The notes beneath the pieces are model-generated. The model saw only the letters and a program-made list of their open reading frames with translations, was not told the origin of the DNA and did no database searches. From an uncultured Eubacteriales bacterium (lineage in GTDB: Bacteria; Acidobacteriota; Aminicenantia; Aminicenantales; Aminicenantaceae), in contig CAZOJY010000001.1 of assembly GCA_964580235.1 (NCBI GenBank), forward strand, positions 25,573 through 89,572: DNA of 64,000 nucleotides, given 5' to 3'. Shown piece by piece: positions 27,593 to 38,176 of this stretch; the stretch's first letter is position 1; every line of letters begins with the position of its first letter. The position numbers and the translations under genes are program-made.

Positions 27593-27933
27593 TGGATGAA
27601 AACTTCACGTCACTGGAAAGAATAAGAAAGAAAAAAGATTTTTTGCATCTTTATAAAAAGGGCAAGCGTTACAGAGGAAAATATTTCGTCCTTATTTACC
27701 TCTCCAACGAGTTCACTTTTTCCAGAGTGGCAGTCGTGGCCAGCAAAAAACTTGGAAATGCCGTCCAAAGGAACAGGACAAAAAGGTGGTTACGGACTCT
27801 CTTCCGGAGGAATAAAAGATTGATCGAGAATCCATTCGACTTAATATTCATCCCTCGTAAAGAAATACACAAGGCAAAATGGAAGAGTCTCGTAGCCGAA
27901 TGCCGGGCGGCTTTTAAATTCATAAACCATTGA
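27589..27933 (+). CDS. rnpA: Ribonuclease P protein component
   Basis: 114 aa, basic. RNR-motif region ([20 protein letters not shown]). Conserved position after rpmH. Confidence 0.85.
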   Translation: MMDENFTSLERIRKKKDFLHLYKKGKRYRGKYFVLIYLSNEFTFSRVAVVASKKLGNAVQRNRTKRWLRTLFRRNKRLIENPFDLIFIPRKEIHKAKWKSLVAECRAAFKFINH

Positions 27934-28154
27934 AGTTAGCCCTGATGAAAAAGATTATTCTATTTTTAATCCGCGGATACAGATCCGTTTTATCTCCGAT
28001 TTTGGGCCGGCACTGCCGTTTTCACCCGACCTGTTCAATTTACACATATGAGGCCATCGAAAAGTATGGCTTACTCAAGGGAATGATTTTAGGAACCAAG
28101 CGACTCCTCCGCTGTCATCCTTTCCATCCCGGAGGAGTAGATCCAGTTCCTTGA
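27930..28154 (+). CDS. yidD: Membrane protein insertion efficiency factor YidD
   Basis: 74 aa. [35 protein letters not shown] matches the YidD/DUF37 family. 4-nt overlaps on both sides. Confidence 0.9.
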   Translation: MKLALMKKIILFLIRGYRSVLSPILGRHCRFHPTCSIYTYEAIEKYGLLKGMILGTKRLLRCHPFHPGGVDPVP

Positions 28155-29809
28155 AGGACCTACCCATGGAAAAAAGATTATTATTGGCCATCGTCTTATC
28201 CTTCGCCGTGCTGTTTCTTTATTCGCTTGTTTTTGTGAAAAAAGAGCCTCCTCAACAGCCAGTTTCCACACCTGCCGCTGCACTTGAAAATCCACCGGAA
28301 CAAAAACCCGCGGTAAAGCAGCCGGTGGAACGAGAGGAAACTCCAACAGAGCAAGATTTTCAATCTGCTGCTGCTGATACTGAGGAGGAGATTGTTGTGG
28401 ACACCCTCTTGTACAGGGCCGTTTGGATCAACAGAGGGGCGCAACTCAAAAGCTGGAAGCTGAAAACATACAAAAACGATAATGGAGAAAATCTTGAATT
28501 GATTTCATCGCATTCTGCTGAATTGGGCCGATATCCCTTCCTCCTGCTCACAGAAGATGCCGACTTCGATAACACCATCAACCACGCCTTGTTTGAATTC
28601 TCCAGCAACCAATTGGAATTGATGGAGGGAGAGGAAGGGACGTTGCGTTTTGAATACGGGACCGAAACAGGAACGAAAATCGAGAAGATTTTTACTTTTT
28701 ACGGGGACACCTACAATTTAGGAATTCAGATAAATGTCTGGAAAAACGGACAGAAAATTGCCCCCCGGATCATCTGGGGACCGAGTTTTGGCAACCTCAC
28801 CGCCCAGGAGTTAAAAAAGCGTATCGGAGGCGGAGGGGCCGGAGTGACCGTTTATGCCGGCAACAAGGTTCAACGGCACAATGAGGGGAAATACAAGCTG
28901 GAAAACAGTCTCTACAACTTTGCCGACTGGGTGGCCTACGACAGCAACTATTTCGCTGTTCTGTTTCTCGCTCCTCCGCAGAAAATGAGCGCAGCTTTCG
29001 TAAAAGAAGATATCAACCAAATTCCCTATTTTTTTCTCACTTTGGATCTTCCGGAAAAAGCTTATATCGGCCCCAAGGATGCTGACAAATTAACGGAGCT
29101 CGGAAAGGATACAAAAAAAATTATCCGGTTCGGTTTGTTTGGATGGATGGCCGAAATTCTACACAGGGCGATCAAATACATCCATGCGGCCGTTCCCAAC
29201 TGGGGATTTTCCATTATCATTCTGACGCTCATCATCAAAATTTTGTTTTTCCCGCTGACCTACAGCAGCACCAAATCCATGGCCAAAATGCAGGAGTTGC
29301 AGCCCAAAATGAAAGCTATAAAGTCAAAATATAAAAAGGCCAAAAAGGACATTGCCCAGCGGCGCAAAATGAACGAAGAGATCATGAAACTTTACAAAGA
29401 GCACGGGGTGAATCCGGCCGGGGGATGCCTTCCGATGCTCATCCAGCTTCCGATCTTTTGGGGGTTCTTCCGGATGCTGGCGATATCCTTGGAATTCCGG
29501 CAGAGCCCCTTCATTTTTTGGATCAAAGACCTTTCCGTGCATGATCCCGTTTATGTAACCCCTATCCTGATGGGAATCACCCAGTATGTCAGCCAAAAAA
29601 TGACCCCAACTTCTGCTGATCCCTCCCAGCAGAAAATGATGATGATCATGCCGGTAGTGATGACCATTTTCTTCATGAATTTCTCGAGTGGGCTTGTCCT
29701 CTACTGGCTTACAAACAATGCCCTTCAAATCGGCCAGCAGTACATCATGAACCGGCTTCGAAAAAAACAAAAGAGTGAATCACATGGAAAAAAAAGAAGA
29801 AAAAAATGA
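28151..29809 (+). CDS. yidC: Membrane protein insertase YidC (Gram-negative type with large periplasmic domain)
   Basis: 552 aa. N-terminal TM, periplasmic beta-sandwich domain, conserved C-terminal 5-TM core ([48 protein letters not shown]). Confidence 0.92.
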   Translation: MKDLPMEKRLLLAIVLSFAVLFLYSLVFVKKEPPQQPVSTPAAALENPPEQKPAVKQPVEREETPTEQDFQSAAADTEEEIVVDTLLYRAVWINRGAQLKSWKLKTYKNDNGENLELISSHSAELGRYPFLLLTEDADFDNTINHALFEFSSNQLELMEGEEGTLRFEYGTETGTKIEKIFTFYGDTYNLGIQINVWKNGQKIAPRIIWGPSFGNLTAQELKKRIGGGGAGVTVYAGNKVQRHNEGKYKLENSLYNFADWVAYDSNYFAVLFLAPPQKMSAAFVKEDINQIPYFFLTLDLPEKAYIGPKDADKLTELGKDTKKIIRFGLFGWMAEILHRAIKYIHAAVPNWGFSIIILTLIIKILFFPLTYSSTKSMAKMQELQPKMKAIKSKYKKAKKDIAQRRKMNEEIMKLYKEHGVNPAGGCLPMLIQLPIFWGFFRMLAISLEFRQSPFIFWIKDLSVHDPVYVTPILMGITQYVSQKMTPTSADPSQQKMMMIMPVVMTIFFMNFSSGLVLYWLTNNALQIGQQYIMNRLRKKQKSESHGKKRRKK

Positions 29810-30422
29810 CAATACCGACCAAGAGTTCAAAGGAAGAAACTTAGAAGACGCAATCAGTCTGGCTGAGCTCATGCTCAAGCTCTCCCGCACACAGTTCAAC
29901 TATGAGGTCGTGACCGAAAAGACAAAACTTTTTGGAATCGGCAGCAAAGAAGTCGTCATCCGCACCTGGCCGAAAAGACGCACAGAAGATTACCCCGCAG
30001 CCCAGTTTTTGGAACGATTCCTTTCCTTGTATCCCCTTGATATCCGATACCAAATCAAAGAAAAAAATGAGATGCTGTACTTCATTTTTGACGGGATGGA
30101 TAAGTATCTTCTGCTCCGGAAGGATGGATCCCTTCTGCTGGCACTCCAGCATCTTCTCAACAAGTTGTCAACAAAAAAAGTACAAACCGACTGCGATTTT
30201 TTCCGAAAAAGAAAAGAAAGAGAACTCAAGGAAAGAACTCAACAGATCGCTCAAAGAGTTCATGAGACCGGGGAAGACGAAATCCTGGATTTTATGAATC
30301 CTTATGAGAGACGCCTCGTGCACATTTCTGTAAATCAAGTCCCGGGTATCACATCGGAAAGCATAGGAGACGGATTTCTCAAGAAGGTGAAAATCTTCCC
30401 ATCAAAGGAAGAATCACATTGA
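29775..30422 (+). CDS. jag: Jag/KhpB-family RNA-binding protein (KH + R3H domains)
   Basis: 215 aa. C-terminal R3H motif (MNPYERRLVHISVNQVPGITSESIG). Conserved position after yidC. Confidence 0.8.
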   Translation: MNHMEKKEEKNDNTDQEFKGRNLEDAISLAELMLKLSRTQFNYEVVTEKTKLFGIGSKEVVIRTWPKRRTEDYPAAQFLERFLSLYPLDIRYQIKEKNEMLYFIFDGMDKYLLLRKDGSLLLALQHLLNKLSTKKVQTDCDFFRKRKERELKERTQQIAQRVHETGEDEILDFMNPYERRLVHISVNQVPGITSESIGDGFLKKVKIFPSKEESH

Positions 30423-30574
30423 TTCCTTTTTAAACACTGAAATCTCTCAGCCAAAACCTTGTTATGGATAATTATTACATCATTCCTATCGACTCTATAG
30501 TTACTATAGTAATTATTGCCTGAATGACAGGGACTCTTTACGGATGGAAGCATTCCGTTTAATATATACAAGTT

Positions 30575-31942
30575 ATGCTGGATGAGACCATCATTGCAAT
30601 ATCCACGCCTCTTGGATTTGGAGGCCTGGGCGTTGTCCGCCTGAGCGGAGGGAAGGCTCTCCAAATCGCTAAGAAACTCTTCAGACCAAAAAAAAATTGG
30701 CGAAAAATTCCTCCTAATCGCCCTGTTCTCGGACACTTGTTAGATTTCACGCGAAATGAATATTTCGAAGAAGCCTATCTCACCTTTTTCCCCAAACCCC
30801 ACACCTATACGCGTGAGAATATGGTTGAGATCAGCTGTCACGGCAGTCCGGTTATCCTGGAAGAGGTTGTCCGGCTCGGCACAACAGCAGGAGCAAGACA
30901 TGCTGCTCCAGGAGAGTTTACGCTGCGTGCTTATTTGAATGGACGCATAGACATCCTTCAAGCCGAAGCCGTCTATGATATCATCACGGCAACCTCTCTC
31001 AAGCAGGCCAAAATCTCATTTCGTCAAATGGAGGGCAGCCTTTCTAAATCAGCAGACTCCCTTCGGCAGCACATCATCCAACTTTTATCCCAGATTGAGG
31101 CCATCATCGAGTTTCCTGATGAGGGCTTCCAAATTTCCCCAAAAACGATCGCCAACTCTCTCCAGCGTGCTGAAAAATCTGTCAAAGAACTCATATCCAG
31201 CTACGACCTGGGAAAAACTCTATCTGAAGGCCTTTTGTTGGCTATAACCGGAAGGGCAAACGTGGGCAAATCCACCTTATTCAACGCTCTTCTCCAGAAA
31301 AACCGGGCGATTGTGACTCCATTTCCCGGGACAACTCGGGATTACCTCCGAGAAACCATCAAAATCAGGGACACATTATTCACATTGACAGATATGGCCG
31401 GAATAGACACCCCTGCGCATCCCATCGAAATGGAAGGGATTAAAAGGGGGGAAAAATTGGCTTCCGTCGGAGACGGCATTCTATTCGTCCTCGACGTTTC
31501 CCGCAAGGAGTCACCCAAAGACCTCAAACTTTTGAAAAAATTCCAGAAGAAAAAAGCAATCCTCCTGTTCAACAAGAGCGATTTGCCGGTGAAGATGAAC
31601 CGCGAAAAAATAAAAAGATTGCAAGAAAATATCCCTTCTCTCTCGATTTCCGCCCTGAAGGGAAACAACCTGGACAAGTTAAAAGAAATGATTTTTGCCC
31701 ATTTTGTCCCCACACAATCAGACAGTGAAGAGACCATTCTCCACCTCCGGCAAAAACTTCTTTTTTCCAATATCCTCGATTGTTTGCACAAAACAGGGCG
31801 TCTGCTTAAAGACGGTTATTCTGAAGAAATCTGCGCCGAAGAAATCCGGAAAATCATCCCTCTCATCGGTCAACTGACTGGGGAGATCCGGAATGAGGAT
31901 GTTATGGAAAGAATATTTAGCCGCTTTTGTGTCGGCAAATAG
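30575..31942 (+). CDS. mnmE: tRNA modification GTPase MnmE
   Basis: 455 aa. N-terminal DTIIAISTPLGFGGLGVVRLSG, G-domain (GRANVGKSTLFN, DMAGI, NKSD) and C-terminal CVGK. Confidence 0.92.
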   Translation: MLDETIIAISTPLGFGGLGVVRLSGGKALQIAKKLFRPKKNWRKIPPNRPVLGHLLDFTRNEYFEEAYLTFFPKPHTYTRENMVEISCHGSPVILEEVVRLGTTAGARHAAPGEFTLRAYLNGRIDILQAEAVYDIITATSLKQAKISFRQMEGSLSKSADSLRQHIIQLLSQIEAIIEFPDEGFQISPKTIANSLQRAEKSVKELISSYDLGKTLSEGLLLAITGRANVGKSTLFNALLQKNRAIVTPFPGTTRDYLRETIKIRDTLFTLTDMAGIDTPAHPIEMEGIKRGEKLASVGDGILFVLDVSRKESPKDLKLLKKFQKKKAILLFNKSDLPVKMNREKIKRLQENIPSLSISALKGNNLDKLKEMIFAHFVPTQSDSEETILHLRQKLLFSNILDCLHKTGRLLKDGYSEEICAEEIRKIIPLIGQLTGEIRNEDVMERIFSRFCVGK

Positions 31943-31960
31943 CAGCTTTTATCTTTTTTT

Positions 31961-33340
31961 CTACTTGATGTAGCCAAGGCTTTTGAGATCTTCTAGGACC
32001 TCTTTATCTAACGCTCTTGGTTTTTTGGTTCCTTTCAACTTGGATGGGGCTCCGTACGATGGAACAAATCTAATTTTTCTGTGTCTCTTAAAATCATCCT
32101 GGAAAGAGTCTAAAAGGACCTGCCCATCCATGTCTTCTCCCACGGGCAGCCCGAATAGGTAAAGAATCGTAGGTGTGACATCATAAATGCTGGCCTGTTC
32201 CAGCTGATACCCCGGCTTGACTCCCGGACCTTTTATGATAATGATCCCGTCAGGAATGGTTGGGGTATTGTAATGCGTGTATCCTTTAACAGAAAAATTG
32301 AATCCATGATCAGAAACAAGGATAAAGGTTGCATTCTTGGGAGATTTATTGATGACTCGTCCGACAACCCGGTCCAAGTAAGAATAGACAGGCTCAACTA
32401 TGGTGGCCATATTTTGGTAAAGTTTTTTTTCTGTCTCAGGTGTTGGAGCACCCCGTTTCTCATTGTCCTTAATCCACGTCTTTCTTAGTTCTTCGTCGAT
32501 AAAAATCGACGTGAAATGCGACGTTGTGTCGATCAGGCGGAAGTAAGTGGCAAAAAGATCAACCGGTACGTTATCCAAAAGGTAGAGAGTTGTCTTTTCG
32601 ATCGACTTGTCCTGAAGGGTATATATCCGGAAATTTTTGATCTGACGCTCCCGGCCTGAGGGGACCGGAATTTTTTTTGCCTGGCTTTCAGACCAGTAAT
32701 CCACCATTCCTTCTTCTCGAAGGATCTTTTTGTATTTTTTATGTTTAAACATGACAACTTGGGGAAATATCTTGTCCTTCAGCTCGTTGGGAAATGTGAC
32801 GCCATCCTCCGGAAGGTATTTGTACACGCCAATCCGGAAACGGTCAGACACAAGATATCCATTCACTTCTTCGGCAGGAAAAGTGACAAACCAGTTTATA
32901 ATGCCGACTGAAAATCCTTCCTCGCCAAGAATATTCCAAAAAGTTTTGGCAATACGTTCTCCTGCGGAGTACGGAATCACGATGTTGTTTTCTGTCACAA
33001 ATTGGTAATCGAGGATGCCATGTTTTAGCATCGTTTTACCCGTAGAAATCGAGGTCCAAATCACCGGAGATTTTGTGGGACGCACGGTGTGCAAAACTCC
33101 CCAGCTTCCTTCCTTGCTCAAACGGGCCAGATTGGGAAGTTTACCTCGTTCGAACAGCGGCTGAATGATATTCCAATCTGCACCATCCAACCCGATTAGG
33201 ACCACTGGGTTTACAGGAGGCTTTCCCCTGCGGAGGACAAAGGCATACAGCATCACCAGCACAATCGAGAAAAACAGTAAAAACCACAGCAGCTTTTTTT
33301 TCATAGCTCCTATTCTAGAAAATAATCTCCTGAATTGCAA
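31961..33340 (-). CDS. Alkaline-phosphatase-superfamily protein (type I phosphodiesterase / nucleotide pyrophosphatase-like), membrane-anchored
   Basis: Metal-ligand motif LIGLDGADWN and TKSPVIWTSISTGK (nucleophile Thr/Ser region). C-terminal SDHGF. The start is either TTG at 33340 (AAGAGG 6 nt upstream) or ATG at 33304. Confidence 0.7.
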   Translation of the reverse strand: MQFRRLFSRIGAMKKKLLWFLLFFSIVLVMLYAFVLRRGKPPVNPVVLIGLDGADWNIIQPLFERGKLPNLARLSKEGSWGVLHTVRPTKSPVIWTSISTGKTMLKHGILDYQFVTENNIVIPYSAGERIAKTFWNILGEEGFSVGIINWFVTFPAEEVNGYLVSDRFRIGVYKYLPEDGVTFPNELKDKIFPQVVMFKHKKYKKILREEGMVDYWSESQAKKIPVPSGRERQIKNFRIYTLQDKSIEKTTLYLLDNVPVDLFATYFRLIDTTSHFTSIFIDEELRKTWIKDNEKRGAPTPETEKKLYQNMATIVEPVYSYLDRVVGRVINKSPKNATFILVSDHGFNFSVKGYTHYNTPTIPDGIIIIKGPGVKPGYQLEQASIYDVTPTILYLFGLPVGEDMDGQVLLDSFQDDFKRHRKIRFVPSYGAPSKLKGTKKPRALDKEVLEDLKSLGYIK

Positions 33341-33408
33341 TTTTTGCCTCTTTCAGGGAGTACTCTGTTAATCTGATAAGAAAGTCATGCGGAACCCTCC
33401 AGAAGCGA

Positions 33409-33438
33409 TTGACGAGAGCCCTCATCAGAGATATAATA
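33409..33438 (+). promoter_or_regulatory. Sigma-70-type promoter for mnmG-parAB-bactofilin-kds operon (TTGACG-N18-TATAAT)
   Basis: TTGACG at 33409-33414 and TATAAT at 33433-33438, followed by a leader of about 130 nt. Confidence 0.45.
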
Positions 33439-33572
33439 CCCACTCAATTTTCAGGCAGCATATTTCATGTTTAACGGAGAAGGAAGGCAACCCTTTTGGC
33501 CGCAGACGACACAATTTTTATTGGCGGCCTCACCCATTGGTCCCCGGGTTCCCGATTTCGTGATTAATATAA

Positions 33573-35438
33573 ATGTCAGCCATGTCTTATGATGTCATTG
33601 TTGTGGGTGCCGGGCATGCAGGTTGTGAGGCAGCACATGCAGCTAGCACAATCGGGCTCAAAACATGTCTCGTGACCATCCACCTCGAGACGATCGCACA
33701 AATGTCCTGTAATCCAGCCATCGGAGGACTCGCCAAGGGACAGCTCGTGAGGGAAATCGATGCCCTTGGGGGGCTGATGGGGCGTCTGGCTGACGAAACA
33801 GGGATCCAATTCCGTTTGTTAAACCGCAGCCGGGGCGGGGCTGTCCAGGCCCCGCGTGTCCAGTCGGACAAAGCTCTCTACCGATTGACCATGAAAAAAT
33901 GGCTGGAGGACCTTCCAAATTTAACTCTTTTCCAGGGCATCGTGACCAAAATCCTGACCAAATCCAACAGGGCTGTTGGCGTAGAAACCCTGGACGGGTA
34001 CAGATTACATGCAAAAGCTGTCATCGTGACACCGGGAACATTTTTGAACGGCCTCATCCATATCGGGCTCCACAGCTATCCGGCCGGCCGGGCCAACGAG
34101 CCGCCGGCCATCTTGCTGAGCAAAAGCCTGAAAAGTCTGGGTCTCAAAATATTCCGCCTGAAAACAGGAACCCCCATGCGGCTCTATAAGAACACGATTG
34201 ATTGGACCAAATTCATGCCCCAACCCGGGGATAAAATTCCGGTTCCTTTTTCGTTTCGCACAAAAAAAAAGCTGGTAAACCGCATTGTCTGCTACATCGG
34301 TTATACAAACGCCAAAACTCACGATATCATCCGCCAGAATCTTGACAGATCTCCTCTTTACGGGGGCAAAATCACGGGCATTGGCCCGCGCTACTGTCCT
34401 TCCATCGAAGATAAGGTGGTCAAATTTCCCCAGCGGCAGAGGCATCAATTCTTTTTGGAACCAGAAGGACTGGACACGGCCGAAATTTACGTTAACGGCC
34501 TTTCTTCGAGTCTGCCCCTGATAATCCAAGAGAAAATTCTGGCCAGCATCCCGGGACTGAACCAGGCAAAAATTCTCAGGCCGGCTTACGGCATCGAATA
34601 CGATGCCGTTATTCCCACTCAGCTCTTGCCCACCTTAGAGATCCGATCAATAACGAATCTATATTTAGCCGGCCAGATCAACGGAACATCGGGCTATGAA
34701 GAGGCGGCAGCTCAGGGGCTTATGGCGGGGATCAATGCTGCAACAAAAATCCTTGGAAAACCTCCGTTAATCCTCCGAAGGGAGGAAGCCTATATTGCCG
34801 TACTCATCGATGATTTGATCTCGCGAGGAGTAGAAGAGCCTTATCGCTTGTTCACATCGCGGGCCGAATACCGGCTGAGCCTCCGGATGGATAATGCGGA
34901 CAAACGACTCACAGAGTATGGGCATACGCTCGGGCTTATAAGCCCTGGTGATTACAAAAATTACCAGAAAAAACAAGCCCGATTGAAACAAGTGATGCAT
35001 TTTCTGCAGCGAAAAAAAATCCGCCTGGAAAATCGGAGAAGCCTTTCTCTCAAGGATATTTTGAAAAAGCCTGATGGAAAATGGGAAAATGTGATAAAAT
35101 ATGTCCCATCGAACATGATCCTGACGGACGAAGAAAGGCGGTTCTGTGAATCGGAAATCAAATATGAGGGGTATATCGTAAAACAGGCAAAAGAAATTGC
35201 TCGGGCCGCAAAACTCGATAACAAAAAGATTCCCCGGGATATTCTTTACACGAATGTGCCGGGTTTTACTGGAGAAGTGATTGAGAAATTGAAAAAATTC
35301 GCTCCCAAAACCATCGGTGAAGCCAAAAGAGTACCGGGTATAACACCGGCCGCCATCACCAACCTTAATATTGCCATCGCCATCCATAACAAACAGAAAA
35401 CACAAAATGTTTCACGTGGAACACAAAACCAGAAATAA
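33573..35438 (+). CDS. mnmG: tRNA uridine 5-carboxymethylaminomethyl modification enzyme MnmG (GidA)
   Basis: 621 aa. FAD motif YDVIVVGAGHAGCEAA and conserved MnmG core throughout. Confidence 0.92.
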   Translation: MSAMSYDVIVVGAGHAGCEAAHAASTIGLKTCLVTIHLETIAQMSCNPAIGGLAKGQLVREIDALGGLMGRLADETGIQFRLLNRSRGGAVQAPRVQSDKALYRLTMKKWLEDLPNLTLFQGIVTKILTKSNRAVGVETLDGYRLHAKAVIVTPGTFLNGLIHIGLHSYPAGRANEPPAILLSKSLKSLGLKIFRLKTGTPMRLYKNTIDWTKFMPQPGDKIPVPFSFRTKKKLVNRIVCYIGYTNAKTHDIIRQNLDRSPLYGGKITGIGPRYCPSIEDKVVKFPQRQRHQFFLEPEGLDTAEIYVNGLSSSLPLIIQEKILASIPGLNQAKILRPAYGIEYDAVIPTQLLPTLEIRSITNLYLAGQINGTSGYEEAAAQGLMAGINAATKILGKPPLILRREEAYIAVLIDDLISRGVEEPYRLFTSRAEYRLSLRMDNADKRLTEYGHTLGLISPGDYKNYQKKQARLKQVMHFLQRKKIRLENRRSLSLKDILKKPDGKWENVIKYVPSNMILTDEERRFCESEIKYEGYIVKQAKEIARAAKLDNKKIPRDILYTNVPGFTGEVIEKLKKFAPKTIGEAKRVPGITPAAITNLNIAIAIHNKQKTQNVSRGTQNQK

Positions 35439-35440
35439 AC

Positions 35441-36196
35441 ATGGGCAAAATCATCGCGGTCGCCAACCAAAAAGGAGGAGTCGGTAAGACAACCACCGCC
35501 GTCAACCTGGCCGCTTCCTTGGCCTTGAACAACAAGAGGATTTTGATCATCGATTTTGACCCCCAAGGAATGGCCACGATCGGATTAGGAAAAGTAAAAA
35601 AAGAAAAAAAAGGGATCTATCAGGCCTTGATGAACGGCATTTATCTGATGAATCTTGTCCAGCCAACCGAATTGGATAACCTGTACATCTGTCCGTGTTC
35701 CCCGGAACTGGCGGGATTTGAAGCCGAGATATTTCCGGAAGACAAGCGGGAAACGCGGCTCAAAAATGCCCTCAAGGACATCCGCAAACTCTTTCATTTT
35801 ATTTTTGTCGACTGCCCCCCCTCCCTCAGTTTTTTAACGATCAACGCTCTTTCCGCCGCGGACTCAGTCTTGATCCCGATCCAAACAGAATTTTTCTGCA
35901 TGGAAGGCCTCCCCGACCTTCTCCGAACGCTGGACGAGGTGAGGGCTTACCTCAATCCTTCCCTCCATGTCGAAGGTATCGTCCTGACCATGTTTGATGA
36001 GCGCACAAATCTATCCAAACAGGTGGCTGAGGAAGTCCGGCAATCCTTGGGGGATATTATCTTCACAGAGATCATTCCCCGCACAGTGAGGCTGGCCGAA
36101 GCTCCCAGTTTTGGCAAACCTGCTTTATTGTATGACATCAAATCAAAAGGCGCTCAGTCCTATTTAAATTTAGCCAGGGAGTTAATAAAAAGATGA
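35441..36196 (+). CDS. parA: Chromosome partitioning ATPase ParA (Soj)
   Basis: Deviant Walker A KGGVGKTTTAVNLAASLA. 251 aa. Confidence 0.9.
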   Translation: MGKIIAVANQKGGVGKTTTAVNLAASLALNNKRILIIDFDPQGMATIGLGKVKKEKKGIYQALMNGIYLMNLVQPTELDNLYICPCSPELAGFEAEIFPEDKRETRLKNALKDIRKLFHFIFVDCPPSLSFLTINALSAADSVLIPIQTEFFCMEGLPDLLRTLDEVRAYLNPSLHVEGIVLTMFDERTNLSKQVAEEVRQSLGDIIFTEIIPRTVRLAEAPSFGKPALLYDIKSKGAQSYLNLARELIKR

Positions 36197-37041
36197 AAAA
36201 AAGAGCATTGGGAAAGGGCCTCAAGGCCTTCCTGCCCGAAGACTACGGCATTCTGAAGGATGAAAAATTTGTGGATGTGGATGTCGAGGACCTCCAGCCA
36301 AATCCTCTCCAGCCCCGACAGGATTTTGACCAGGAAGCCATTGCGGAATTGTCCCGTTCGATCGAGGAAACAGGTATTCTGCAGCCTCTTGTCGTGGTTC
36401 CGGAAGGAAACCATTACAAGATTGTCGTGGGGGAAAGGCGGTGGCGTGCGGCCCAGAAAATCGGGCTGACTAAAATTCCTGCGATCATTCGCCAGCTATC
36501 TGAGGAAAAACAAATCGAAGCTTCCCTCGTGGAAAATCTGCAGAGAAAGGACCTCAATCCGATCGAAATCGCTCACGCCTACCAAAAACTCATCCACGAG
36601 CTTAAATACACCCAGGAGACTGTGGCAGAAAAAGTCGGCAAGGACCGTACATCCGTAGCTAATTCCATCCGTCTTCTCAAGCTTCCTCCCGAAATTCAAA
36701 AGATGGTTGCCGAAGGCAAGATATCCATGGGGCATGCCCGAGCCCTTATCACGCTGGAAAACCCCGACCAGCAGATTTTTCTCTCCCGGCTCATCGTGGA
36801 AAAAAACCTGTCCGTTCGAGATGTCGAAAAAATGATGACGGAAAAAAGGCGGCCACCATCTCCCGAACCCAAGCCGGAACTCGATCCCGATTTGCGGGCC
36901 GTTCAGGACGAATTGATTAAAACCCTGGGAACAAAGGTGGTTATCTCTGGGAATCCAGAAAAAGGGGTTATTAAATTACACTATTTCTCTTTGGAAGATT
37001 TAAACAGGATTTTCGAAAAAATTAAAGGAGGGGTCGCATGA
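36193..37041 (+). CDS. parB: Chromosome partitioning protein ParB (Spo0J)
   Basis: ParB box GERRWRAAQKIGL. HTH and C-terminal dimerisation region. 4-nt overlap with parA. Confidence 0.9.
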   Translation: MKKRALGKGLKAFLPEDYGILKDEKFVDVDVEDLQPNPLQPRQDFDQEAIAELSRSIEETGILQPLVVVPEGNHYKIVVGERRWRAAQKIGLTKIPAIIRQLSEEKQIEASLVENLQRKDLNPIEIAHAYQKLIHELKYTQETVAEKVGKDRTSVANSIRLLKLPPEIQKMVAEGKISMGHARALITLENPDQQIFLSRLIVEKNLSVRDVEKMMTEKRRPPSPEPKPELDPDLRAVQDELIKTLGTKVVISGNPEKGVIKLHYFSLEDLNRIFEKIKGGVA

Positions 37042-37454
37042 AAGAAAAGAAAAGGGACATCGAGGAAAGCAAAATCACTGGATTTTTTGATAAAGATACG
37101 GAAATCAAAGGCGATTTGTTTTTCAAAGGGACTTTTCGAGTGGATGGCCGGTTCAAAGGAAAAGTCGATTCTGAGTCAATTCTGATCATCGGAGATAGCG
37201 GCAAGGTCGAAGCCGACATCAAGATCGGCCATCTCATTATCAATGGGGAAATCAAAGGAAACATTCATGCCTCAGAAAAAGTGGAAGTGAACGCAAATGG
37301 CCGTGTTTTTGGAACCATCACATCTCCAAAACTAATTGTAGAAGAAGGCGCCTATCTGGAAGCCACTTGTCAAACAAGCGATAAAACGTCCCAGGAAACA
37401 CCGGCAGTCTCTCTTTCACCAGAGAATAATCAGGAGATCGGATCCAAGCCTTGA
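37038..37454 (+). CDS. Bactofilin (polymer-forming cytoskeletal protein, DUF583/CcmA family)
   Basis: 138 aa. Repetitive beta-helical bactofilin core (KGDLFFKGTFRVDGRFKGKVDSESILIIGDSGKVEADIKIGHLIINGEIKGNIHASEKVEVNANGRVFGTI). Overlaps parB by 4 nt and kdsB by 4 nt. Confidence 0.8.
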   Translation: MKEKKRDIEESKITGFFDKDTEIKGDLFFKGTFRVDGRFKGKVDSESILIIGDSGKVEADIKIGHLIINGEIKGNIHASEKVEVNANGRVFGTITSPKLIVEEGAYLEATCQTSDKTSQETPAVSLSPENNQEIGSKP

Positions 37455-38176
37455 GAGAAGCAGCAGGAGTCATTCCAGCCCGTTACGGCGCAACCCGATT
37501 TCCCGGTAAACCGCTGGCAATGATAGATGGGAAACCCTTGATCCAAAGAGTTTATGAACAAGCCCGCAAAGCCAAATACCTCCGCCAGCTTATCGTGGCA
37601 ACAGACGACGAGCGGATCTTTGCTGCCGCACAATCTTTCGGAGCAGACGTGCAGATGACATCTCCCGATCACCGCTCAGGAACGGAAAGAGTGGCCGAGG
37701 TAGCTGCTGGATTGAAACTCCCGATCATCATCAACATCCAGGCGGACGAGCCTTTGCTCCAGGGACAAATGATCGACGATCTTGTGCAAGCTCTCCAGGA
37801 CGACTCGATTGCCATGGCCACTCTGGCTTCAAAAGTAACGGATGTGGACAGGATCCATGATCAGGACATCGTGAAAGTTGTGGTGGATAAAAATGGGAAC
37901 GCCCTGTATTTTTCCCGCTCTCCTCTTCCCTTCCAATCCGCAGATTATTTTAACCAGCACATCGGGGTATACGGCTATCAAAAAGAATTCCTTATAACCT
38001 TCCGCAGCCTGCCTGTTTCCCGGTTAGAGGCATGCGAAGGCTTGGAACAGCTCCGGGCATTAGAAAATGGTTACACGATAAAAGTCGTCCCCTCTCTCTT
38101 TCAAGCCTTGTCTGTGGACACGCCACAGGATATAATTGCTGTAGAAAAATTTATTCGAAAGGCCAAAAATGACTAA
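37451..38176 (+). CDS. kdsB: 3-deoxy-manno-octulosonate cytidylyltransferase (CMP-KDO synthetase)
   Basis: 241 aa. VIPARYGATRFPGKPLAMIDGKPLIQRVYE motif. Confidence 0.9.
   Translation: MREAAGVIPARYGATRFPGKPLAMIDGKPLIQRVYEQARKAKYLRQLIVATDDERIFAAAQSFGADVQMTSPDHRSGTERVAEVAAGLKLPIIINIQADEPLLQGQMIDDLVQALQDDSIAMATLASKVTDVDRIHDQDIVKVVVDKNGNALYFSRSPLPFQSADYFNQHIGVYGYQKEFLITFRSLPVSRLEACEGLEQLRALENGYTIKVVPSLFQALSVDTPQDIIAVEKFIRKAKND

Noticed and set aside
33480-33572. Small ORF (about 38 codons) in the mnmG leader
   Set aside because: It has no Shine-Dalgarno sequence, runs out of frame across the mnmG start and is not hydrophobic or peptide-like. It was treated as chance.
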